Source of the DNA: Candidatus Uhrbacteria bacterium
GTDB taxonomy: Bacteria > Patescibacteriota > Patescibacteriia > JACQRZ01
Direction of reading: 5' to 3'
Assembly: GCA_016186045.1 (NCBI GenBank)
Contig: JACPMJ010000018.1
Span: 1-13,606 of the forward strand
DNA: 13,606 bases
A model generated the notes under the pieces. The model saw nothing but the letters and a program-made list of their open reading frames with translations, made no database searches and was not told where the DNA came from. The position numbers were made by a program, and so were the translations under genes. Numbering within the stretch: position 1 is the stretch's first letter; each line of letters starts with the position of its first letter. This document shows positions 7,048 through 13,179 of this stretch, piece by piece.

Positions 7048-7082
7048 GAAAACATCTCCCTCGCGGAGGTGTTTTTGTTTTT
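7048..7082 (+). terminator. Intrinsic terminator, family copy D (ACCCCATGAAAACATCTCC-CTCGC-GGAGGTG TTTTTGTTTTT)
   Basis: Near-identical to copy A, including the ACCCCATGAAA prefix that in copy A is the tRNA-His 3' end. Confidence 0.7.
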
Positions 7083-7090
7083 CACTATTC

Positions 7091-7118
7091 TTGACATGTA
7101 TTACATATGTAATACAAT
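7091..7118 (+). promoter_or_regulatory. parDE promoter TTGACA-N16-TACAAT overlapped by a perfect 20-bp palindrome TGTATTACAT|ATGTAATACA (7097-7116), the likely TA autorepression operator
   Basis: Perfect dyad symmetry spans the spacer and -10. Type II TA operons are classically autoregulated through such palindromes. Confidence 0.6.
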
Positions 7119-7144
7119 ACATACATAATCCATAAAAAGTTCAT

Positions 7145-7372
7145 ATGCGCGACGTTATCACTATTTCTCTTCCTACAAAAACTCGCTCCATAATTAAAAA
7201 ACGTCTCAAGGAGCGTGGATTTCGCAGTATGAGTGAATATATGCGATACTTGCTTGATCAGGACACAGATGTTATCTCTCAAGATGAACTTCTCGCAATA
7301 GCAAAAGAGGCTGACCGTGACTACAAAAACAATCTTCTAAAAAAACGATCATCCCTTCGAGAGCTTTTATGA
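7145..7372 (+). CDS. parD: ParD/RHH-type antitoxin
   Basis: 75 aa. N-terminal ribbon-helix-helix-like ITISLPTKTRSIIKKRLKERGFRSMSEYMRYLL. Its stop overlaps the toxin start (ATGA at 7369-7372). Confidence 0.7.
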   Translation: MRDVITISLPTKTRSIIKKRLKERGFRSMSEYMRYLLDQDTDVISQDELLAIAKEADRDYKNNLLKKRSSLRELL

Positions 7373-7641
7373 TAGTTGGAGAAATTTATTATAGCAGACG
7401 CTTTGAAAAACAGTTTTGTACTCTTCCAGAACATATACAAAAAAGAGCAATAGTCGCAGAAGATCAATTTAGAGAAAATCCTCTTCATTCCTCATTGCGC
7501 CTTCACCAGCTTAAGGGTGAGCTACATGGTCTTTGGTCGTTGAGTATAAATCTTACCTACAGAATAATTTTAAAACGAAAGGATGGCGGCGCGATTCTCT
7601 TTGTTTCTATTGGAAAACATGATTTGTATAAAGCCCTATAA
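7369..7641 (+). CDS. relE: RelE/ParE-superfamily toxin (YafQ/RelE-like mRNA interferase)
   Basis: 90 aa. LKGELHGLWSLSINLTYRIILKRKDGGAILFVSIGKHDLY matches the RelE/ParE C-terminal signature (L.G...G.W...I...yRiiy.......i.i.rigHR.d.Y). Confidence 0.75.
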   Translation: MIVGEIYYSRRFEKQFCTLPEHIQKRAIVAEDQFRENPLHSSLRLHQLKGELHGLWSLSINLTYRIILKRKDGGAILFVSIGKHDLYKAL

Positions 7642-7642
7642 G

Positions 7643-7680
7643 AAAAATAAAAAACCTCCAGCATCTTTTTTGATGTCGGC
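7643..7680 (-). terminator. Minus-strand intrinsic terminator (GCCGACATC-A6-GATGCTGGAGG + U-tract), family 2 copy 1
   Basis: On the minus strand this reads ...GCCGACATCAAAAAAGATGCTGGAGGTTTTTTATTTTT. It shares the 21-mer AAAAACCTCCAGCATCTTTTT with 8722-8742. Confidence 0.55.
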
Positions 7681-7805
7681 AACTACTAGACAAAGAACTT
7701 TTTTACTCTATGAGTCCGCGGGTCTTTCCCCGCTCCAGCATCCGCTCGATCTCTTCGACTCTTTCCCTGACGTCCGCCTCTATTCGTTCAGACGCATTTG
7801 CGAAT

Positions 7806-8453
7806 TCAAGACTCTCTCTGAAATTGCATCTCTAAGATCGTCCGATTCATCTGAAGCGGTCGCATATTTTCATTGTTTGGTTCTCTTGCGCACATCAGAC
7901 TCAATGCGCACGCGGCACCAACCGACGTCGGATAAAACGATGCCGCCAATTCACGAATATCCTCCTGATTCAGCTCGTCAAAATAATCGCGATGATCATG
8001 CATGAGAATAGAGATGAGAAGCGGCTGACTCGTTGGCGTTTGTCTCAACAGTCCGCCGTGCAGTTCATTTGGGATAAACCAAAACCACTGCATAAAGCCG
8101 GATGATTTGATGTTCAAATCCCTGTCTTCATCATCAGAGCTTTTTTCAGCGGCACGGATCATTCTCTTGAGTTGCGCCCTATCCCGCGGATCAGTGAAGC
8201 TAAAGATCGCGTTACTTCGCTCAATAGCCCTCTGCATACAATACCGCCAGAGATGGCCATACCCCGGATCGGATGATCCGCTTGAGAGTATGTGCTGGAC
8301 TTTCCCGAAAGCGCTTTTGAATGTTTTGAAGGTAAGCCGCGGCTGGGAAAAGATTTGGAGAAGCTCCCATGCTTTTTTCGCGGAAAGATGGCCTCTTTTT
8401 TCCATCCATACCGCGATATCTTCCATGGAAGAATCTTTTGTCAATGAACTCAC
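7806..8453 (-). CDS. Hypothetical helical protein (215 aa as called). A +1-frame continuation to 7703 encodes 34 more residues ending directly at the terminator.
   Basis: GTG start 8453 preceded by AAAAAGGAGGG-N6. A TTGACA-N17-AATACT promoter lies upstream on the minus strand. In the neighbouring frame after TGA 7806, EFANASERIEADVRERVEEIERMLERGKTRGLIE* ends at 7703, about 20 nt from the terminator hairpin. Confidence 0.55.
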   Translation of the reverse strand: MSSLTKDSSMEDIAVWMEKRGHLSAKKAWELLQIFSQPRLTFKTFKSAFGKVQHILSSGSSDPGYGHLWRYCMQRAIERSNAIFSFTDPRDRAQLKRMIRAAEKSSDDEDRDLNIKSSGFMQWFWFIPNELHGGLLRQTPTSQPLLISILMHDHRDYFDELNQEDIRELAASFYPTSVGAACALSLMCAREPNNENMRPLQMNRTILEMQFQRES

Positions 8454-8520
8454 AAATCCCTCCTTTTTGTATTCTGCTCTGCCAGTATTTCATAAAGAGG
8501 TTTCTTTGTCAATATCGCTC

Positions 8521-8715
8521 TAGAGAGCGTTGCAAAACTCTTATTCTGTCATCCCCGACTCGATCGGGGATCCAGTATTTATTTTAAATACGAGGAACTA
8601 GATTCTCGGGTCAAGTTCCCGATTTTTGAACGAGACCTTGAGTTCATAAAAATCGCAATGCCTGTGGTGCCCGAGAATGACACAGGACGAGTTTTGCAAC
8701 GTTCTCTCACTCTAC
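8521..8715. repeat. MITE-like / structured element, copy 2 (~195 bp) with ~20-bp terminal inverted repeats TAGAGAGCGTTGCAAAACTC / GAGTTTTGCAACGTTCTCTCACTCTA
   Basis: TIRs at 8522-8541 and 8690-8715. Internal hairpins CCCCGA-CTCGA-TCGGGG and CCTGTG-N14-CACAGG, and a long-range TCTCGGG/CCCGAGA pairing. Homologous to 4948..5118. Confidence 0.6.
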
Positions 8716-8717
8716 AA

Positions 8718-8756
8718 ATAAAAAACCTCCAGCATCTTTTTTTAGATGTGAAGGTC
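8718..8756 (-). terminator. Minus-strand intrinsic terminator for the 306-aa gene (CCTTCACATCT-A7-AGATGCTGGAGG + U-tract), family 2 copy 2
   Basis: Same conserved 3' half (GATGCTGGAGGTTTTTTATTT) as the terminator at 7643-7680. Confidence 0.55.
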
Positions 8757-8763
8757 TACGGTC

Positions 8764-9684
8764 TTAGAAACGGACGTCTCCGAATCCCGATCTGATCTCG
8801 GTGAGCGGACCGTCTCCCTGAATGTGGACAAAGCGAGCTCCGGATCCTGTGCTCCAGAATCCCGTTGAAAAATACGACACCTGACTTTCTTGCATCCACC
8901 TCATGCATAGCAAGTATCCCACCGGACCACGTTGAAGGTCTGCGTAGCGATCAAGCGAGTCATAGGTACTCTGCGCACAAGCAAAGATGGGAAATTGAGT
9001 TTTTCGTTCCTCACTGCGCATGTCCTTATTTCGCACGTATAGAAGGAATTCTTCCGCACGAGATCCAAGACGCGCCCGCACAAGAGGATTCTCATATATC
9101 TCCTCAAATAAAAGCAAGGAGTGAAATGACTTTTTCAATGACCTCCCGAGCGTTCGCATCTCCACGATCTCCACCTGACCATAGTCTCCGTCACAGAGTT
9201 TCCAAAATTCCCTTTGAAATTTCGGATCCTGCGCGAGACACTGAACGCGAAGATTGTTGTACGCTCGCCACTGAATGATGTCTTCGTCTCTCTCGTATGG
9301 CGAGTTTTTTTCTGCGAGGATCCGCTTCAAAAATCCGCGCTCCTTGTATGCAAGACGATTGCTCGCGCCGTCATAAAATCCGCGAGCAAGTTTTGGCGTT
9401 GCCATGGGTCCCACGCCATGCGCCACTACGATAAGTGGAATACCGGTACGGGAAAGTCCCGCGTATTCTGCCGACATGGTTGTGATGTATGGCGGAAGTG
9501 AGACTTTCTCGAGCTGATGGTTTAAAAGAACATCCACGATATCCGGAATGGTTGCGAGCCGTCCATGAGATATCTTTTCTTCTGGAAACATGATATCCAA
9601 TGGCGGATCATTTACACTTTTTCCCACTCGTACCGACATCCGTTTTTCTCCGAGAGATGTCGTACCGATAGCGGCCGATGCCAT
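8764..9684 (-). CDS. Hypothetical protein (306 aa), divergent from rtcB; family not recognised
   Basis: SD AAGGAGG-N7-ATG at 9684. TAA stop. Globular composition with no confident motif match. I considered TIKI/TraB-like, nucleotidyltransferase KxDG and ART H-G-S motifs and could not support any. Confidence 0.55.
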   Translation of the reverse strand: MASAAIGTTSLGEKRMSVRVGKSVNDPPLDIMFPEEKISHGRLATIPDIVDVLLNHQLEKVSLPPYITTMSAEYAGLSRTGIPLIVVAHGVGPMATPKLARGFYDGASNRLAYKERGFLKRILAEKNSPYERDEDIIQWRAYNNLRVQCLAQDPKFQREFWKLCDGDYGQVEIVEMRTLGRSLKKSFHSLLLFEEIYENPLVRARLGSRAEEFLLYVRNKDMRSEERKTQFPIFACAQSTYDSLDRYADLQRGPVGYLLCMRWMQESQVSYFSTGFWSTGSGARFVHIQGDGPLTEIRSGFGDVRF

Positions 9685-9780
9685 GAGAATCCTCCTTTAC
9701 GAAAACGCCTTTCGAGACAGTACTTATAGTACAAACAGGGACAAAAAATGTCAAAACAACAGGCAGTAGGCGGAGATCTA

Positions 9781-9809
9781 TTGACAAAAAGAGCTTTTTC
9801 ATGTAATAT
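9781..9809 (+). promoter_or_regulatory. Sigma70-like promoter TTGACA-N17-TAATAT for rtcB
   Basis: Hexamers identical to the TrmB-like paralog 2 promoter. SD-like AGAGAAAGGAAAAGGGA precedes ATG 9848. Confidence 0.5.
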
Positions 9810-9847
9810 ACACTATACTTGACTTTGGTAAGAGAAAGGAAAAGGGA

Positions 9848-11068
9848 ATGAACATATACCATCCGGAAAACGCAGTGGTTCCTATAAAACTTTGGACTGA
9901 TGGCGTCCCGATTGAAGAGAGCGCTCTCAAACAGCTTGAACATGTCGCGCGGCTTCCCATTGTAGTATCGCATATTGCCGTTATGCCGGATGTCCATTGG
10001 GGCCGCGGGGCGACGATTGGAAGCGTCATTCCTACTCAAGGCACGATTATTCCCGCGGCAGTGGGGGTGGATATCGGATGCGGGATGATGGCGGTGAGAA
10101 CTACGCTCACCGCGAACGATTTACCCGGTGATCTTCACAGTATGCGCCTTTGTATTGAAGAAGCCGTACCGCATGGCCGCACGCATGATGGCGGCAAAGG
10201 AGATGCGGGAGCGTGGGGGAATCACCCGCCGTCAGCAATTTTAAACGAGTGGGATGCGCTTCATGGTGGATTTAAGGCGATTCTCCAGCAACATCCAAAG
10301 CTTGGCCATGCAAACACCTACACGCATCTGGGGACACTCGGAACGGGAAATCACTTTATCGAGGTATGCATTGATGAGCGCGAACAAGTGTGGCTCATGC
10401 TTCATAGCGGTTCGCGCGGTGTGGGAAATCGCATTGGATCGTACTTCATTGAGCTTGCAAAGAAGGATATGGCACGGCACGGCATTGATCTTCCCAATAA
10501 GGAGCTTGCATACCTTCAGGAAGGAAGTGAACATTTTAGCGACTACGTGATCGCTGTCTCATGGGCGCAAGAATTTGCGCGAATAAATCGTACACTTATG
10601 ATGCAGGCGGTCATCAAGGCGATCAAAAAGTCAAAAGGCCTTCCACATTTTAGCATCACGGATGTGACGGTAAACTGTCATCACAACTACGTGCAGAAAG
10701 AAATCCACTTTGGTCAAGAGGTTTATCTCACACGGAAGGGTGCGGTTCGCGCGGGGGAAGATGATCTTGGAATCATTCCCGGAAGCATGGGAGCGCGATC
10801 ATTCATCGTCCGCGGAAAGGGAAATCCAGACTCCTTTTACTCCTGCAGTCATGGCGCGGGCAGAAAAATGGGGAGGGCGGAGGCGAAACGCCAGTTCACG
10901 CTTCAAGACCATCGCAACGCCACAGAGGGCGTAGAGTGCCGTAAAGATACGGAGGTCATTGACGAGACGCCCGGCGCGTATAAAGATATTGAGGCGGTCA
11001 TGAACGCACAGGCCGACCTTGTGGAGATTCTCTACACACTCAAACAAGTTATTTGCGTCAAAGGATAA
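9848..11068 (+). CDS. rtcB: RNA-splicing ligase RtcB (3'-phosphate/5'-hydroxyl RNA ligase)
   Basis: 406 aa. Hallmarks ...MPDVHWGRGATIGSV..., GVDIGCGM, GTGNHFIEVC, HSGSRGVGN, NCHHNY, CSHGAGR. The length matches E. coli RtcB (408 aa). Confidence 0.9.
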   Translation: MNIYHPENAVVPIKLWTDGVPIEESALKQLEHVARLPIVVSHIAVMPDVHWGRGATIGSVIPTQGTIIPAAVGVDIGCGMMAVRTTLTANDLPGDLHSMRLCIEEAVPHGRTHDGGKGDAGAWGNHPPSAILNEWDALHGGFKAILQQHPKLGHANTYTHLGTLGTGNHFIEVCIDEREQVWLMLHSGSRGVGNRIGSYFIELAKKDMARHGIDLPNKELAYLQEGSEHFSDYVIAVSWAQEFARINRTLMMQAVIKAIKKSKGLPHFSITDVTVNCHHNYVQKEIHFGQEVYLTRKGAVRAGEDDLGIIPGSMGARSFIVRGKGNPDSFYSCSHGAGRKMGRAEAKRQFTLQDHRNATEGVECRKDTEVIDETPGAYKDIEAVMNAQADLVEILYTLKQVICVKG

Positions 11069-11089
11069 GAAAGGCGCAAACATACTTCG

Positions 11090-11122
11090 CCACATTCTTT
11101 CAAAGAATGTGGTTTTTATTTT
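11090..11122 (+). terminator. rtcB intrinsic terminator (CCACATTCTTT-CAA-AGAATGTGG + TTTTTATTTT)
   Basis: Perfect 11-bp stem followed by a T-tract, 22 nt after the TAA stop. Confidence 0.7.
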
Positions 11123-11127
11123 GAAAT

Positions 11128-11170
11128 ACAGAAAATATAAAAAGCGCAGGAATCACGGTGATCCTGCGCG
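11128..11170 (-). terminator. Minus-strand intrinsic terminator (GCGCAGGA-N10-TCCTGCGC + U-tract) for the 11193..12127 gene
   Basis: 8-bp GC-rich stem 11144-11151/11162-11169. The plus-strand A-run 11136-11143 becomes the U-tract on the minus strand. Confidence 0.6.
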
Positions 11171-11192
11171 AAAGGGAACTATTCTTGACTTA

Positions 11193-12127
11193 CTACGAAA
11201 GAAGATGCTTTTCGACGACCTCGACGACCTGATCGATCGTGAGAGTGGAGCTGACACCCTGCGGACTTCCGCCGATCGTCGGAGAGCCGCCCCAACCGGG
11301 CTCGAGTTCGTTGAGTTCCGCGAGAGCCGACTTGATGTCCGCGAACTTTCCCGCCTCGAAGACGCAGATCGTGAACTTCTTGTATGGCTCGCTCGGTGGT
11401 CCTTGCCTGAACTCCGGATTGAGCGCGACCACGACAGGCGCGCGAGGGAGTACCCAACGCTGGTGGCCGCCCGGTGCGTACCCTCCACCACGGCGATGCG
11501 ACCGCCGGAACGCGTCTCGGACTTGATCTTCCCTGTTTCCATGGCGGTGATCATATCGAGCCGCTCCTTCTCGACTTGGGTGCGGTACTGTGCCGGTTCG
11601 TCACCGGTGAGCAACCACTGTTCCATCGTCGAAACGCGATCCGCAAGCGAGACCTTGAAGTCCATGACCGCCGCCGCGATTGCCGCGAGCGAGCGGGACG
11701 ACTCGGCCGTTGCCGAACTCTCGTCCCACTGGTTTTCCCGGGTGGGAAGTGGCTTGGGGCCGGGGTAGCCGCCACGCGCGAACTTATCCGAAGTGGCAAC
11801 CATATTGATCCGATCCATCGCGGACTCGAGGCTTTCGCCCTTCGCCCGGAGGCTAAAGATCGCCATGGAACCTACCGCGTCCAGATCGGCGCGCACCGTC
11901 GTGAGAGTAGAACCCTCGGCAGGAAGATCCACCGTCACCGCGTCCTCGATGGCCGCACGACTCGCGTCGCCGCCTGAGTGCTGGGGGTCGAGGTTGAAGG
12001 TACACCGCTCTGCGAGCGCTGACACCGTGACCTCGATTCCGTAAATCGAACTTCCGGCAAACACCCTGTCATTCGCCTCTGCCGCGGCCGGAACATTCCG
12101 GGGATCCAACGTCGCGAAATTATACAT
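11193..12127 (-). pseudogene. Hypothetical protein (~310 aa), GC-rich, with an apparent frameshift near 11440-11470
   Basis: The N-terminal ~225 aa come from the 12127 frame (SD GAAGGAGAAA-N6-ATG). After ...ATSVGYS that frame turns into an SR-rich low-complexity tail. The 11432-11193 frame gives ...LPRAPVVALNPEFRQGPPSEPYKKFTICVFEAGKFADIKSALAELNELEPGWGG...VVEKHLLS*, which ends just before the terminator. Confidence 0.5.
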
Positions 12128-12165
12128 TTTGTATTTCTCCTTCTTTTCAAAAAACGAGGGGCTAC

Positions 12166-12181
12166 GATACCACGTGGTATC
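12166..12181. promoter_or_regulatory. Perfect 16-bp palindrome GATACCAC|GTGGTATC between the operator repeat and the gene start
   Basis: Exact dyad symmetry around a CACGTG core, in the 5' region of the 11193..12127 gene. Confidence 0.4.
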
Positions 12182-12187
12182 ATTTTA

Positions 12188-12235
12188 CCCTATCAGAAAC
12201 GTTTTTTAGAAAAACACCTCTGATAGAGGCACAAG
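12188..12235. promoter_or_regulatory. 48-bp split-palindrome operator, copy 1: CCCTATCAGA-(AT-rich 20-nt dyad spacer)-TCTGATAGAGG
   Basis: CCCTATCAGAAACGTTTTTTAGAAAAACACCTCTGATAGAGGCACAAG. The half-sites are identical to tetO2 halves (TCCCTATCAG / TGATAGAGA) but separated by ~22 bp. It lies upstream of the 11193..12127 gene. Confidence 0.5.
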
Positions 12236-12266
12236 ATCGTACCTCTACAGGTTTCTTGTGCGTTCG

Positions 12267-12773
12267 TTACGACGTACCGCGCTTGAGAGTTGGTGACCCA
12301 GTATCCATGAAGCCGTGAAACAGACGCTCCATGGTTATCCATCCGCCACACTCCGATCGCACTATATGCAACTTTTTGAAAGATGCGCGTGCCATCACCT
12401 CTGCCTTTTCATGGGTATTGCATGGACAGGTGACGAGAGTTACCTTGTCGTGCGGGAACTTTGCGGCGAACATAATTGCTGACTCGTATCCTTGAGCGCC
12501 TACATAGACCACGAGGTGATCTATGGTACCGGACCAGTTGAAAAGCTCATTGAAGAGGTAATCAATCGCTTCGCAGACGTATTCCTCGCCGCCAGAACGA
12601 CAGGGACCGAAAAGATCCATACTCATGAGGCCTTGAAGTACGAACGCCCGTCGGCCGTTCTCAAAGACCGATTTTTCCATTCCTGTGTGATAAATTCCCA
12701 TCCCCAACGTAGTATGAGTTAAGAACACCGCCGTAGTGATAACCGTCGTTTTTTCTTGAGCGGTTTTTTTCAT
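12267..12773 (-). CDS. Hypothetical protein (168 aa), GC-rich; no family recognised
   Basis: SD AAGGAGG-N7-ATG at 12773. The operator repeat lies ~50 bp upstream. Confidence 0.55.
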   Translation of the reverse strand: MKKTAQEKTTVITTAVFLTHTTLGMGIYHTGMEKSVFENGRRAFVLQGLMSMDLFGPCRSGGEEYVCEAIDYLFNELFNWSGTIDHLVVYVGAQGYESAIMFAAKFPHDKVTLVTCPCNTHEKAEVMARASFKKLHIVRSECGGWITMERLFHGFMDTGSPTLKRGTS

Positions 12774-12825
12774 GGAACATCCTCCTTCTTATTGGGCATT
12801 TTTAATACAACATAGTATCGTCTCG

Positions 12826-12874
12826 CCCTATCAGAAACGTTTTTTGAAAAAAACATCTCTGATAGAGGCGCAAG
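12826..12874. promoter_or_regulatory. 48-bp split-palindrome operator, copy 2
   Basis: CCCTATCAGAAACGTTTTTTGAAAAAAACATCTCTGATAGAGGCGCAAG, ~90% identical to copy 1, upstream of the 12267..12773 gene. Confidence 0.5.
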
Positions 12875-12927
12875 TAGGTAACAGCTTTTTTGTCCTCACC
12901 CTTGCTTGCGCAAAATCATTCCTCCTT

Positions 12928-13179
12928 TCACCTCAGAACTCCCAACTTCTCCCGAAACCGCCGTTCAAACTCAAACTCGGTTGCGAGTTTGCAATCCGAA
13001 TCAATCGGCGTTTCCAGAAGTGCTCTGTATGCCACCATCGCAATCCCTACCTTTTCTGCACAAACTTCGCACAGCATGAAGTGAAAGATAGCGAGCGGCG
13101 AGACCGTATCCGGCGGATCAGCATCTCGCTCGATAAGCGATTGCGCGATATCCGCGATCTCCTGATTGGTAAGTGGCAT
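12928..13179 (-). CDS. Hypothetical small protein (83 aa) immediately downstream of ssrA
   Basis: SD AAAGGAGGG-N7-ATG. It starts 29 nt after the tmRNA 3' end. Confidence 0.45.
   Translation of the reverse strand: MPLTNQEIADIAQSLIERDADPPDTVSPLAIFHFMLCEVCAEKVGIAMVAYRALLETPIDSDCKLATEFEFERRFREKLGVLR

Noticed and set aside
715-7082. Reading copies A and D of the terminator module as attL/attR of one integrated element
   Set aside because: Only 6 nt of the tRNA are shared. The conserved part is mostly downstream of the tRNA, and two further copies (B, C) with the same stem halves occur internally. A reused terminator cassette explains this more simply, so it is kept only as an alternative in the findings.
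7806-8523. ORFs 8107..8523(+), 8221..8493(-), 8369..8587(+) and 7583..8005(+)
   Set aside because: They overlap the better-supported 215-aa minus-strand gene (SD and promoter present) or its frameshift extension, and have no start signals of their own.
8865-10550. ORFs overlapping the 306-aa gene and rtcB (8865..9278+, 8901..9107-, 9214..9501+, 9608..10039-, 9799..10029-, 10241..10534-, 10254..10550+, 10710..10934+, 10799..11095-)
   Set aside because: They are antisense or out-of-frame shadows of two well-supported genes.
12188-12874. tetO-like half-sites as evidence of cloning-vector contamination
   Set aside because: The half-sites are split by a 22-bp spacer. They occur twice with natural-looking divergence in native-looking 5' regions with SDs, and no other vector sequence (tetR, promoters, MCS) is present.
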